From positions 4,952-68,951 of the forward strand of contig QCPF01000003.1 of assembly GCA_003212655.1 (NCBI GenBank): a stretch of DNA of 64,000 bases, in the 5' to 3' direction. Shown here piece after piece: positions 29,360 through 40,125 of the stretch; position 1 is the first letter of the stretch, and each line of letters starts with the position of its first letter. The notes under the pieces are model-generated. The model saw only the letters and a list, made by a program, of their open reading frames with translations, was not told the DNA's origin and ran no database searches. A program made the position numbers and the translations under genes. The DNA comes from Prochlorococcus sp. AG-436-D21 (GTDB lineage: Bacteria > Cyanobacteriota > Cyanobacteriia > PCC-6307 > Cyanobiaceae).

Positions 29360-30531
29360 TGAGTTTTTCTTTTTTTAAATTTAGAAAAATTCCATTAGCT
29401 TGGTTGTTATTAACTAGGCAACCATTAAGGTTAGCAGTTGCCATAGCTGGAATCAGTTTTGCAGGGATTTTGATGTTTATGCAATTAGGTTTTAGAGATG
29501 GTTTATTTGACACGAGCGTAACTATTCATAAACTTCTAGATGCAGATCTTGTTTTGATAAGTCCCAGATCAAAAAGTTCTATAAGCATGAGTGGATTCCC
29601 AAAAAGAAGATTAATTCAAACTCTCGCAGTAGAAGATGTTGAAAAAACTGCTCCCGTCAATCTAAATTATTTACTTTGGAGAAATCCTGAAAATCTTAAA
29701 ACTAGATCAATACTCGCATTAGGTTTTAATCCCTCCGATTCACTTCTTTTAGATGAGGGATTCTCAAAGAAAGCTTATAAATTGAGAAATTCATCAAGAG
29801 TTCTGTTTGACAAACTATCTAGACCTGAATTTGGACCAATTGAAGAATGGTTCTTGTCTGAAAAAAAAGTTGAGACTGAGGTTGCTGGGAAAAGAGTAAT
29901 TGTTGAGGGCCTTGTGGAGTTGGGACCATCATTTGGCGCAGATGGCAATTTGATAACTAGTCGAGAAACCTTCTTAAGACTTTTTCCCGCTAATCCTCCT
30001 GGCAGTATAGAAATTGGTTTGGTAAAGCTAAAAAAAGGATCTGATCCTGAATTGATTTCGAGGATATTAAATAACTCACTTCCAAATGATGTTAAGGTTC
30101 TTACAAAAAAACAATTTATAGAATTTGAAAAAAATTATTGGAAAAATAGTACTGCAATAGGTTTTATATTTAGTTTGGGAGCCTTGATGGGTTTTGTTGT
30201 GGGGTGTGTGGTCGTTTATCAAATTCTTTATAGTGACGTGACAGATCACCTCCCAGAGTACGCCACCTTATTGGCAATGGGGTATAGACTTAAGTCCCTT
30301 TTCTTTGTAGTAGCAAGAGAGGGGTTTTTGTTGGCATTGTTTGGTTATTTACCTGCTTATTTCTCTGGTCAAATACTTTACTCAGTTATAAGAAGTTCTA
30401 CTAAACTCCCAATAATAATGGATGCAGATAAAACTATTTTGATTTTCGTATTGGTTTTAGTTATGTGTATGGGGTCCGCTGCTGTTGCGATGCGTAAATT
30501 AGTTGACGCTGATCCTGCCGAAATTTTTTAA
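29359..30531 (+). CDS. devC: DevC-type ABC exporter permease
   Basis: IPLAWLLL, LMFMQLGF, YQILYSDV.DHLPEYATL and LVDADPAEIF motifs. Confidence 0.9.
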   Translation: MSFSFFKFRKIPLAWLLLTRQPLRLAVAIAGISFAGILMFMQLGFRDGLFDTSVTIHKLLDADLVLISPRSKSSISMSGFPKRRLIQTLAVEDVEKTAPVNLNYLLWRNPENLKTRSILALGFNPSDSLLLDEGFSKKAYKLRNSSRVLFDKLSRPEFGPIEEWFLSEKKVETEVAGKRVIVEGLVELGPSFGADGNLITSRETFLRLFPANPPGSIEIGLVKLKKGSDPELISRILNNSLPNDVKVLTKKQFIEFEKNYWKNSTAIGFIFSLGALMGFVVGCVVVYQILYSDVTDHLPEYATLLAMGYRLKSLFFVVAREGFLLALFGYLPAYFSGQILYSVIRSSTKLPIIMDADKTILIFVLVLVMCMGSAAVAMRKLVDADPAEIF

Positions 30532-30544
30532 TAATTAAAGATAA

Positions 30545-31273
30545 ATGGTTAAAGCTAATAAATCAAAAAATAATGTTAAAAACCTTAAAACAGTCTCAAT
30601 AAACAATTTGAGTCACTTTTATGGAAAAAATGAGAATAAAAAACGAGTTCTTAATGACGTTAATTTAAATATTGATAAAGGAGAGTTGGTTCTTTTAAAA
30701 GGACCTTCTGGATGTGGTAAAACGACTCTTTTAACATTAATTGGTGCTTTAAGAACCTGTCAAAGTGGAGATTTAACTGTATTAAATAAACAGTTAAATG
30801 GAGCATCAAGGAAAACGCGTCAGATACTTAGAAGAAGTATTGGAATGATTTTTCAAGGTCACAATCTTCTGAGATGTTTAACAGCAGAACAAAATGTCCA
30901 GATGGGCGCCGATTTAATAAAAGGTTTATCATATTTGCAAAGACGTGAAATAGCACGGAATTGGTTGTCGGCAGTAGGATTAGAAGAACATCATAAAAAG
31001 TTGCCAAATGACTTATCGGGTGGACAGAAACAGAGAGTAGCAATTGCTCGTGCTTTATCTGCTAACCCAAAACTTTTATTAGCTGATGAGCCCACTTCTG
31101 CTTTAGATAGCGTCACAGGAAGAGAAATAGTAACTCTTTTAAGAAAACTAGCAAAAGAACAAAATTGTTCTGTACTTATGGTGACGCATGATCCAAGAAT
31201 TTCTGATATGGCTGATAGGATATTAAATATGGAAGATGGTAAAATATTTAGTGCTCATAGTGAGCTAATATAA
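30545..31273 (+). CDS. devA: DevA-type ABC exporter ATPase
   Basis: GPSGCGKTTLLTLIGALR, LSGGQKQRVAIAR and VTHDPRI motifs. Confidence 0.9.
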   Translation: MVKANKSKNNVKNLKTVSINNLSHFYGKNENKKRVLNDVNLNIDKGELVLLKGPSGCGKTTLLTLIGALRTCQSGDLTVLNKQLNGASRKTRQILRRSIGMIFQGHNLLRCLTAEQNVQMGADLIKGLSYLQRREIARNWLSAVGLEEHHKKLPNDLSGGQKQRVAIARALSANPKLLLADEPTSALDSVTGREIVTLLRKLAKEQNCSVLMVTHDPRISDMADRILNMEDGKIFSAHSELI

Positions 31274-31291
31274 TTAAAAGTTAAAAATTTC

Positions 31292-31441
31292 ATGTCTAAG
31301 AGAAGGAATCTAAAAAAAGAAAAGCAGGAACGAAATCGAGCCTATGCTAGAAAATTCAAAAAAAGGAAATTAAGAACTGATGGAAGACCTGATGGTGGAA
31401 ACGTAACAGGTACAATAAATAATGGCGGTGCAGCTGATTAA
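31292..31441 (+). CDS. 49-aa highly basic small protein MSKRRNLKKEKQERNRAYARKFKKRK...
   Basis: Manual translation; fills the devA-glycosyltransferase gap. Confidence 0.78.
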   Translation: MSKRRNLKKEKQERNRAYARKFKKRKLRTDGRPDGGNVTGTINNGGAAD

Positions 31442-31502
31442 GGAATAACTTTTATTTTTATCTTTTGGAGTTCAATATATTATGCATATCTAAGACATAA
31501 CC

Positions 31503-32414
31503 ATGAATGTAAGTATTGTTATACCGACTTACAATAGATTACCTATATTGGAGAAATGTCTCTTTGCGCTTGAGAATCAAAAATTAAATACAAATATTAG
31601 TAATTATGAAGTAATAGTAGTTGATGATGGATCAACTGATGGGACAACTTCATGGATAAATAAAAACAAAGCTAATCTCCCACACGTTATTTTATTTCAA
31701 CAAGAACATGGAGGGCCCGCACTTGGAAGAAATCTGGGAGTAATTAAATCAAAATATGAAATTATTATATTCATTGATAGTGATCTTATTGTTTTAGATA
31801 ATTTTATAAATTGCCACGTAGAAAAATTACTTTCCTCTTGGAGAAAAAATGATAAAAAATGTTTTACTTATGGCTCGGTAGTCAATACATCTAATTTTCT
31901 AAATCCTGAGAGTGAAAAACATAAAATTACTGACACTTCTTTTGCTTACTTTGCTACTGGGAATGTTGCAATATCAAAAGAATTGATTTTAAGTGTGGGA
32001 TTATTTGATACTTCTTTTAGTCTTTACGGTTGGGAGGATTTAGAACTTGGAGAAAGATTAAAAAAAATTGGGACAAAATTAATTAAATGTCCAAATGCAG
32101 TAGGTTTTCATTGGCATCCGCCATTTAATTGCGAACAAATAGATTCATTAATAGCTCAAGAAAAAGAAAGAGCAAAAATGGCTTTAGTGTTTTATAAAAA
32201 ACATCCAAATTTAAGGGTTAGATTTATGATTCAATTAACTCCTCTTCATAATTTAATTTGGCAAATACTTAGCTTGGGAGGATTAATCAGTGTTGACAGA
32301 ATCCTTCCTTTATTAAGATTTCTAGTAAATATAAGAAGAAACAGACTTGCACTTGAGATACTTAGGATTCCTCTAAATATGATCTATATTAAACAGTTAA
32401 CTAAATCAAGATAA
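31503..32414 (+). CDS. Glycosyltransferase family 2
   Basis: SIVIPTYN, VVDDGSTDGT, FIDSD and YGWEDLELG motifs. Confidence 0.92.
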   Translation: MNVSIVIPTYNRLPILEKCLFALENQKLNTNISNYEVIVVDDGSTDGTTSWINKNKANLPHVILFQQEHGGPALGRNLGVIKSKYEIIIFIDSDLIVLDNFINCHVEKLLSSWRKNDKKCFTYGSVVNTSNFLNPESEKHKITDTSFAYFATGNVAISKELILSVGLFDTSFSLYGWEDLELGERLKKIGTKLIKCPNAVGFHWHPPFNCEQIDSLIAQEKERAKMALVFYKKHPNLRVRFMIQLTPLHNLIWQILSLGGLISVDRILPLLRFLVNIRRNRLALEILRIPLNMIYIKQLTKSR

Positions 32415-32463
32415 AAAACTTTTAGAAATACACATCACTTGCTAGAATCATTAAAATTAAATC

Positions 32464-32532
32464 CACACATCTGACAGTTTCGGGTGATTTATTAATATTA
32501 AATCCCCGTCAGATGGAGGCTAACCCGAAACC
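32464..32532 (+). ncRNA. rpsB leader cis-regulatory RNA (t44-like)
   Basis: catctgac/gtcagatg stem, internal hairpin, GGAGGC-TAACCC motif and gtttcgggt/acccgaaac pairing directly upstream of rpsB. Confidence 0.75.
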
Positions 32533-32543
32533 TTTTTTAAATT

Positions 32544-33248
32544 ATGGCTGTTGTATCACTATCAGAAATGATGGAAGCTGGTGCTCATTTTGGGCATCAA
32601 ACTAGACGTTGGAATCCCAAGATGTCTAAGTATATATATTGCGCGAGGAATGGAGTTCATATTATTGATCTTGTTAAAACAGCATTGTGTATGAACAATG
32701 CATATAAATGGACTAGAAACGCAGCAAAAAGCGGTAAACGTTTCCTATTTGTCGGTACAAAAAAACAAGCATCAGATGTAGTTGCTCAGGAAGCTACACG
32801 TTGTGGAGCTGCATATGTAAATCAAAGATGGCTTGGAGGGATGTTGACTAATTGGACAACAATGAAAGCTAGGATTGAAAGATTAAAGGATCTAGAAAGA
32901 ATGGAAAGTAGTGGTTCAATAGCAATGAGACCTAAAAAAGAAGCTGCAGTATTAAGAAGAGAACTTGAAAGATTACAAAAATATTTAGGAGGACTTAAGG
33001 GTATGAGAAGATTGCCAGATGTAGTTGTATTGGTTGATCAAAGAAGAGAATCTAATGCAGTATTAGAAGCTAGAAAATTAGATATCTCATTAGTATCAAT
33101 GCTGGATACAAATTGCGATCCAGACTTGTGTGAAGTTCCAATTCCTTGTAACGATGATGCAGTTAGATCTGTGCAACTTATTTTAGGAAGACTTGCAGAT
33201 GCCATAAATGAGGGTAGAAAGGGTTCTAATGCAGAAAGAAAAAATTAA
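32544..33248 (+). CDS. rpsB: 30S ribosomal protein S2
   Basis: [26 protein letters not shown] and DTNCDPD motifs. Confidence 0.98.
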   Translation: MAVVSLSEMMEAGAHFGHQTRRWNPKMSKYIYCARNGVHIIDLVKTALCMNNAYKWTRNAAKSGKRFLFVGTKKQASDVVAQEATRCGAAYVNQRWLGGMLTNWTTMKARIERLKDLERMESSGSIAMRPKKEAAVLRRELERLQKYLGGLKGMRRLPDVVVLVDQRRESNAVLEARKLDISLVSMLDTNCDPDLCEVPIPCNDDAVRSVQLILGRLADAINEGRKGSNAERKN

Positions 33249-33292
33249 ATTCCAATTTAAAACTTACTAACCACTATTTTTTATTACTTCAA

Positions 33293-33949
33293 ATGGGAAA
33301 CATTACAGCAAAACTTGTAAAAGATCTTAGAGACAAAACTGGCGCAGGAATGATGGACTGCAAAAAAGCACTTAACGAAACTGAAGGAAATCTAGATAAG
33401 GCTCTGGAATGGTTAAGAAAGAAAGGCATAGCTAGTGCTGAAAAGAAATCTGGAAGAGTAGCGGCCGAAGGCTCAATTGGTAGTTATATACATACTGGAG
33501 CAAGAGTCGGAGTTCTTTTAGAATTAAATTGTGAAACTGATTTCGTTGCTAGAGGTGATATATTCCAATCACTGTTGAAGGATGTCTCAATGCAAGTAGC
33601 AGCATGCCCAAATGTTGAGTATGTATCAATTGATGAAATACCAGAAGAAGTTGTGGAAAAAGAAAAGCAGATTGAAATGGGTAGGGATGATTTGTCAGGA
33701 AAACCAGAACAAATAAAAGAAAAAATAGTTGAAGGGAGAATAGCAAAAAGACTCAATGAACTTGTTTTGCTTTCACAACCCTACATTAAAGATAGTTCTC
33801 TAACAGTTGAGGATCTGGTTAAACAAGCAGCTGCAAAAATTGGGGAAAATATCAAAGTAAGACGTTTTACAAGATATACATTGGGTGAAGGTATCGAAAA
33901 AAATCAGATGGACTTTGCTGAAGAGGTTGCATCAATGCAAACAAACTAG
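33293..33949 (+). CDS. tsf: Elongation factor Ts
   Basis: [16 protein letters not shown] and NCETDFVA motifs. Confidence 0.98.
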   Translation: MGNITAKLVKDLRDKTGAGMMDCKKALNETEGNLDKALEWLRKKGIASAEKKSGRVAAEGSIGSYIHTGARVGVLLELNCETDFVARGDIFQSLLKDVSMQVAACPNVEYVSIDEIPEEVVEKEKQIEMGRDDLSGKPEQIKEKIVEGRIAKRLNELVLLSQPYIKDSSLTVEDLVKQAAAKIGENIKVRRFTRYTLGEGIEKNQMDFAEEVASMQTN

Positions 33950-33953
33950 TCAC

Positions 33954-35039
33954 TTGAATGATGTGAATAATTTCAATAATTACATCGATATAGATAAAAT
34001 TAATTCTCAATTAGAGAGAGCAGACATACAAAAAAGAATATTAACTAGAAATATCTATAGGGAATATGAAATTTATCTCAATCTCCTAAGAGATTTACTT
34101 TTCATCTCTGTGGAAAAAGGCCTTAATCAAATATATAGTTATCCAAAAATTAATGATAATTTTTTAAATGAAAATCAATTCTGTAGTCTTTTTGAAAAAA
34201 AAATAAGTAAACTTATTCAAAAGAACTTGCCCTTATTAACAGTAGAACAATTAAAGATAAATGAAATTGAAAAAAATATAAATCAGGAAATTAATTTTAC
34301 TATTTTTGATGGTTCCACAAAAACAAAGGATGATCAAAAAGAAAAATTTCAATATGAAGATGGTTTTCAATTAAAAGAACCCACTCAGTTCGAGATAAGT
34401 AAAGACTTTTCAAATACTTCTGAATATTATCAAGCTGATAATTGTGAGAAATTCCTATCACTTGACTTAGATAATAACGACCATAATAATTATTTATCTA
34501 ATAACAATATTATTGAAAATTTAGGAGTTGAAAAACAATTTATTTCCTCCCTACTTGAATTAATAGGAGAAGAAAAGGTAGAAAAACCAAGACATCCAGA
34601 AAAAGAAAATATCAATCAAATGGATAATTTACCTAAAAATAAGATTCTTCATAATTTTGATTTAATAGAAAAGTCATTGGAAAACTTATTATTGAATCTT
34701 TCATATAATATTAACCAAGAATTATTCAATGCAAATCTAATAAAAAAGATGATATCTAAAGACTCCTTTAATTACTTGGTAGGCAAAAATTTTATGATAA
34801 AACATCCATATCCTTTTGTTATTAATTTTGAATTAAACTTAAGTCGGTCATCATTAAATGGCAATAATTTCCCAAGAATTATTTTCTTCAATATATCTAC
34901 TGTTGAGTTAGAGTTTAAAAATTTAAATCTTTCTATTCAAAGGAACAAAATAAATGAGCTAAAAAACCAATTTCAGCGTTTGATTAAAAAAGAGACATAT
35001 TGGAGGCAAAAAGAAATAACTTTGAATAGGATACGTTGA
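33954..35039 (+). CDS. Hypothetical Asn/Lys-rich protein (start uncertain; TTG at 33954 avoids overlap with tsf)
   Basis: Open frame of about 360 aa between tsf and recG; C-terminal coiled coil ending YWRQKE. Confidence 0.75.
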   Translation: MNDVNNFNNYIDIDKINSQLERADIQKRILTRNIYREYEIYLNLLRDLLFISVEKGLNQIYSYPKINDNFLNENQFCSLFEKKISKLIQKNLPLLTVEQLKINEIEKNINQEINFTIFDGSTKTKDDQKEKFQYEDGFQLKEPTQFEISKDFSNTSEYYQADNCEKFLSLDLDNNDHNNYLSNNNIIENLGVEKQFISSLLELIGEEKVEKPRHPEKENINQMDNLPKNKILHNFDLIEKSLENLLLNLSYNINQELFNANLIKKMISKDSFNYLVGKNFMIKHPYPFVINFELNLSRSSLNGNNFPRIIFFNISTVELEFKNLNLSIQRNKINELKNQFQRLIKKETYWRQKEITLNRIR

Positions 35040-35061
35040 AAAAATAACTCTTTTTTCAAAT

Positions 35062-37506
35062 GTGACTATCAGCGGGAATAATAATAAGTTAATTAAAGAT
35101 TGGATAAGACCTCTTCAAAAGTCTCTTACTATTGAAACTGAAAACAAATTTATTAATACTTTAGGAAGAGAAAAATACTTTAATGATTATTTGCATGAAT
35201 CATTGCAAAAACTAGATAATCTAAATATCCCAGAAGAATATTTAAGGAAATTTTATGAATTTTCTAAAAAATATAATGAATACAATAAATTAGATGAAAA
35301 TCAAAGAAAAAGATTAATTATAGATACAAGAAAAAATCTTTATAAACTAGGTAAAACTCTAGAAATAGAAAGTTCTAATAATGTTTTTCTGAATAAAGCT
35401 GATACAAGTTTGTCTTTTGATTCAGATATTTCATTAATAAAAAATGTAGGAAAAGTTTATAAAAATAAGCTTAATGAATTAGGAATATTTCATATAAAAG
35501 ATCTAATTAATTATTTCCCACGAACATATCTAGACTATACAAATAGAGTAAAGATAATAAATTTAAAACCAGATAATTTATACACGTGCATCGCAAACGT
35601 TAAAAGATTTTATATTCATAAGAGTAAAAAAAATAGTAATTTATCAATAATGAATTTTGTAGTTTCTGATGAAACTTCTTCTATAAAGATTACAAAATTT
35701 TTTTTAGGAAGAAGATTTAGATCTTACTCCTTCTTCACATCGCAAAAATCTTTGTATTCTCCTGGAACCAAATTAGCAATTTCTGGTAAGGTTAAATTGA
35801 CAGAGTATGGCAAAACTTTTGTAGATCCGCAGATTGAAATTCTTAAGGATAATAATGATAATTTTAATTTCTCAGGCAAAATATTACCCTTGTATTCATT
35901 AGGTGAAGCATTATCAAATATGAGTTTTATAAAACTTATGAAAAAGGTACTAATTTATGCAAAGCAATATCCAGAAATTTTAAATAAAAAGCAACTTGAT
36001 TCATTATCTTTATTATCAAAAGGACAGTCGTTGATTAATATTCATTTCCCACCAAATCAACAGGCACTTATTGAGTCAAAAAAACGTTTAGTTTTTGATG
36101 AGTTGTTCCTACTGCAAATAAAGTTCCTACTTAGAAAAAGAAAGACGAACAATAATGTAATTACCCAACAATTACCTCAAAAGAAATCTTTATTAAAAAA
36201 ATTTTTAAATTCTTTTCCTTTTGAATTAACAAAATCTCAAGAAAATGTTTTAAATGAAATTAAGAAAGATTTATCTAATCCCGTACCAATGTCTAGATTG
36301 CTTCAGGGTGATGTGGGAAGCGGTAAAACCATAATTGCAATAGCATCCCTTTTACTTGTCATTGAAAAAAACCTGCAAGGTGCATTTATGGTTCCAACTG
36401 AGGTATTGGCAGAACAACATTATAAAAATTTATTAAAATATTTGAATCCCCTTTTAGTTTCTGTTGAACTACTTACTGGGAATACTCCTCAAAAAAAGAG
36501 AAAAGAAATTTTCTCTAATTTGAACAATGGATTAGTTGATATCCTCGTAGGTACTCATGCATTATTTGAGGATAAAGTAATATTTAATGCATTAGGGATG
36601 GTCGTAATTGATGAACAACATAGATTTGGAGTTACTCAAAGAAATAGATTATTAAATAAGGGAGAAAATACTAACTTGTTATCAATGACGGCAACACCAA
36701 TTCCAAGAACTCTTGCGCTTTCTATTTATGGTGATTTAGATGTGAGTCAAATTACAGAACTCCCTCCTGGAAGAGTTCCTATAACTACAAAAATAATTTC
36801 AGAAGATGATTTAACTAACTTGTTCAAGATTGTTGAAGATGAGATCAATAATGGAAAGCAAGCTTATGTGATTTTGCCACTTATAGAAGATTCAGAAAAA
36901 ATGAATTTAAGCTCCGCAAAGAAAATATTCAAACATTTATCAGAAGAGGTATTTTTTAACAAAAAAGTTGGACTATTACATGGCAAATTAAGTTCACAAG
37001 AAAAGAATGAAGTGATTAATTCTTTTTTAAAGAATGAAATTAATATATTGGTTTCAACCACTGTAATTGAGGTTGGCATTGATGTGCCTAATGCCACAAT
37101 TATGATTATTTATAATTCGGACAGATTTGGATTGTCCCAGCTACATCAATTAAGGGGGAGAGTTGGTAGAGGATCAACAAAATCTTTTTGTTATCTGGTA
37201 ACCTCCGATAAAAATGGATTAGAAAATAAACGACTTTGTGTTTTGCAAAAATCTAATGATGGCTTTTATATTGCTGAAAAAGACTTGGAGCTTAGAGGAC
37301 CAGGCCAGATTTTAGGATATAGACAATCAGGATTGCCTGATTTTGTACTGGACAATTTACCTAACAATAAATTTCTTATAGATCAAGCTCGTGAAGAGGC
37401 TATTAAGATTGTTAGTGATGATCCTGATTTAAAAAAAAATATTGCTTTAAGGAATATTCTTATTGGTAATTCTGATAATAAATTCATTCATGATTTCTTG
37501 AATTGA
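35062..37506 (+). CDS. recG: ATP-dependent DNA helicase RecG
   Basis: RLLQGDVGSGKT, DEQHRFGV, MTATPIPRTL, QLRGRVGRG and DLELRGPG motifs. Confidence 0.97.
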   Translation: MTISGNNNKLIKDWIRPLQKSLTIETENKFINTLGREKYFNDYLHESLQKLDNLNIPEEYLRKFYEFSKKYNEYNKLDENQRKRLIIDTRKNLYKLGKTLEIESSNNVFLNKADTSLSFDSDISLIKNVGKVYKNKLNELGIFHIKDLINYFPRTYLDYTNRVKIINLKPDNLYTCIANVKRFYIHKSKKNSNLSIMNFVVSDETSSIKITKFFLGRRFRSYSFFTSQKSLYSPGTKLAISGKVKLTEYGKTFVDPQIEILKDNNDNFNFSGKILPLYSLGEALSNMSFIKLMKKVLIYAKQYPEILNKKQLDSLSLLSKGQSLINIHFPPNQQALIESKKRLVFDELFLLQIKFLLRKRKTNNNVITQQLPQKKSLLKKFLNSFPFELTKSQENVLNEIKKDLSNPVPMSRLLQGDVGSGKTIIAIASLLLVIEKNLQGAFMVPTEVLAEQHYKNLLKYLNPLLVSVELLTGNTPQKKRKEIFSNLNNGLVDILVGTHALFEDKVIFNALGMVVIDEQHRFGVTQRNRLLNKGENTNLLSMTATPIPRTLALSIYGDLDVSQITELPPGRVPITTKIISEDDLTNLFKIVEDEINNGKQAYVILPLIEDSEKMNLSSAKKIFKHLSEEVFFNKKVGLLHGKLSSQEKNEVINSFLKNEINILVSTTVIEVGIDVPNATIMIIYNSDRFGLSQLHQLRGRVGRGSTKSFCYLVTSDKNGLENKRLCVLQKSNDGFYIAEKDLELRGPGQILGYRQSGLPDFVLDNLPNNKFLIDQAREEAIKIVSDDPDLKKNIALRNILIGNSDNKFIHDFLN

Positions 37507-37563
37507 AAACTATCATTGTATTTTTTGATATATATGCCAATATAAATCAATTGCAAATTTCAA

Positions 37564-38247
37564 TTGAAAATTTGGAATAAAATACCAATTAGAGATAATG
37601 GAGATAAATTAATAGCTATCCCTAGCTGCTTAAAGTTTTTAGATCCCCACCCTTACTCTCATTTAGGAGCACCATACAAAGATAAAACTTCTATTTGGAA
37701 ATTAAGAGAGGAGGTCGTAAATAGATTAGTAAAAGTAAATGATTATTTGATATCAAAGAGTAGTTTTAACCTTTTAATTTATGACAGTTGGCGACCTTTA
37801 GAAGTCCAGGAATTTATGTTTAAAAGAGCATTTTTATTAGAGTGTGAAAAATCTGGTATTGATATTTCTTTTGAAAATATAAATTCTTATCCATCCATTT
37901 TAAAAAAAGTTGAAAAATTTTGGGCATATCCTTCTTATGACTCTAGGTTTCCTCCCCCTCATTCAACTGGGGGTGCATTGGATGTTTGTTTATCAGATAA
38001 AGACGGAAATCTTGTTGAAATGGGAAGTATGGTTGATCAAATGGACGAGACCTCAAATCCTTATTTTTATGGAAGCATAGAGAATGAAGAAGCAATTATT
38101 TGGAATAGTAGAAGAAATTTATTAAGAGAAATTATGACTAAATTCGGATTTGCTCAACATCCTAATGAATGGTGGCATTTTAGTTATGGTGATCAATTAT
38201 GGGCTTGGAAAAATAAAAAAGCAAATGCTCTTTATGGAAAAATTTAA
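37564..38247 (+). CDS. D-alanyl-D-alanine dipeptidase (M15D, VanX/DdpX-like)
   Basis: YDSWRP, PPPHSTGGALD and EWWHFSYG motifs. Confidence 0.88.
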   Translation: MKIWNKIPIRDNGDKLIAIPSCLKFLDPHPYSHLGAPYKDKTSIWKLREEVVNRLVKVNDYLISKSSFNLLIYDSWRPLEVQEFMFKRAFLLECEKSGIDISFENINSYPSILKKVEKFWAYPSYDSRFPPPHSTGGALDVCLSDKDGNLVEMGSMVDQMDETSNPYFYGSIENEEAIIWNSRRNLLREIMTKFGFAQHPNEWWHFSYGDQLWAWKNKKANALYGKI

Positions 38248-38250
38248 ATT

Positions 38251-40038
38251 CTATTGATTTTTATTTAGTAAATTCAATATATAATCTTCATCTTGAGTAT
38301 TTATAAAATCTCCGAAATCCAATTCCAAATTACTCTTCCAATTATCAAATAATGGTTGAAGAGTTTTTTCTAAATCGTCAAGTTCCATTTTTTGTAAAAA
38401 TGGTTTAGCAAGCCTTTGTAGGTTTTTACTTCCCCCCAACCATAATTGGTATTTGTTTTGCCCACTTCCAACAAGTGCTAATTCGGCCATATAGGGCCTA
38501 GTACATCCATTCGGACATCCTGTCATTCTGAATAATATTGTCTTTCGTATTTTTAGGTCTAATAGTAAATTTTCAATCCTTTTTAATACATCAGGTAATA
38601 TTCTTTCAGCTTCAGTCATTGCAAGACCACAAAGTGGTAAAGCAGGACAAGCTAAAGCGTGTCTTTGTATTTCATTAATGTTTTCTAAATTTTCGTATCC
38701 AATTTTTGATAGAGATTTTTGAATTTCACCTTTGTTTTTATTGGCGATATTACAAAGTAAAATATCTTGATTAGGTGTGAGTCTTAAATCTAAATTATAT
38801 TTTTTAACAATACTTGTGATGGTATTCTTCTTCTCTCCAGATAATCTCCCTGATAATAATGGTAACCCTACGAAATAGGAGGTTTTATTTTGTTTATGCC
38901 AACCTAGGTAATCAATAAGAACCTTATCTGGTTCTTTTCTGATTTTTTTAATTTCTTTTTTGAAATACTTATCAAAAAGTATCTTTTTGAACCAATTAAT
39001 ACCTTTTCTATGAAGAAGATATTTCATTCTCGAATTTTTTCTTGATTTTCTATCACCATAATCTCTTTGAATAGCCACAATGCTTTGTATTAATTCATAA
39101 ACATCAGGTTCTTCAACATAGCCAAGAGGATCTGCAATTCTGGCAAAGGTGTCTTCATTATTATGTGTGCGTCCCATACCACCTCCAACATAGAAGTTGC
39201 ACCCTTCTAAGTTCCCATCTTTAGAAGTAAAGGCCACTATTCCTATGTCATTGGTAAGAAGATCAACAGAATTGTCCCCAGGAACTGTCACAGCACATTT
39301 GAATTTTCTCGGTAAATAAGTTGAACCATAAAGAGGCTCGTCTTTTATCCCACTAAAAACATTATCTTTGAATTGGAGCTTCCTAATTGCTTCAATATCT
39401 TTGTCAGGCTTTATGGTGTACTCTAAATCTCCATCAGCCCAAAGCTCTAAAAAAGTGCCTTGGCCAGCCATCGGTGTGAGAAGATCTGCAACTTTTTTTG
39501 CCAAAGCTCTTGCAATTTTATAGTCTGGCGAAGCAAATGGAGCCGCAGGGGCCATAACATTTCTATTTATGTCTCCACATGCAGCTAATGTTGAGCCCAT
39601 TGAATTTACTATTGTTTGAATTACTTCCTTAAGGTTCTCCTTTCTAATCCCATGCATTTGAAAGGCTTGTCTTGTAGTGGCCCTAAGTGTTCCATTCCCT
39701 AGTTTGTCAGATAATTCATCTAATGCTAAAAATAATTTCCCAGGGACTTCACCGCCTGGATTTCTTAACCTAAGCATCATTTGCCAATCTTTACTTTTGC
39801 CCGGCCTTCTATTTTCCCTGTTATCTTGTTGATAACTACCATGAAATTTTAATAACTGAACTGCATCATTGGTAAAATGATCGCTCTCATTGACTAATTC
39901 CGTAGCAAGTGGTTCTTTAAGAAATTGGCTACTTTTTTTGAAATTTTCAAATTTAGAAACTTCTAGTCCATTTGCCAAACAAACAGTTTCTTCCTTAGTA
40001 GGATCTTTTTTCTTTTTTACTTTCTCAACCTTGATCAA
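38251..40038 (-). CDS. sir: Ferredoxin-dependent sulfite reductase
   Basis: LKFHGSYQQDNR, ACGDINRNV, LPRKFK, ACPALPLCG and MTGCPNGC motifs. Confidence 0.93.
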   Translation of the reverse strand: MIKVEKVKKKKDPTKEETVCLANGLEVSKFENFKKSSQFLKEPLATELVNESDHFTNDAVQLLKFHGSYQQDNRENRRPGKSKDWQMMLRLRNPGGEVPGKLFLALDELSDKLGNGTLRATTRQAFQMHGIRKENLKEVIQTIVNSMGSTLAACGDINRNVMAPAAPFASPDYKIARALAKKVADLLTPMAGQGTFLELWADGDLEYTIKPDKDIEAIRKLQFKDNVFSGIKDEPLYGSTYLPRKFKCAVTVPGDNSVDLLTNDIGIVAFTSKDGNLEGCNFYVGGGMGRTHNNEDTFARIADPLGYVEEPDVYELIQSIVAIQRDYGDRKSRKNSRMKYLLHRKGINWFKKILFDKYFKKEIKKIRKEPDKVLIDYLGWHKQNKTSYFVGLPLLSGRLSGEKKNTITSIVKKYNLDLRLTPNQDILLCNIANKNKGEIQKSLSKIGYENLENINEIQRHALACPALPLCGLAMTEAERILPDVLKRIENLLLDLKIRKTILFRMTGCPNGCTRPYMAELALVGSGQNKYQLWLGGSKNLQRLAKPFLQKMELDDLEKTLQPLFDNWKSNLELDFGDFINTQDEDYILNLLNKNQ

Positions 40039-40125
40039 AGGACCAAAAAATATCTCTTTTTATACATTAGCGAAAAGCTTATTTAACTGGTAGTAAATTA
40101 TAGTAAGTGAAGTCATATTTTTTTC

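Noticed and set aside
33885-33953. GTG start giving a 65-nt overlap with tsf
   Set aside because: A downstream in-frame TTG avoids the overlap; no sign of a frameshift signal
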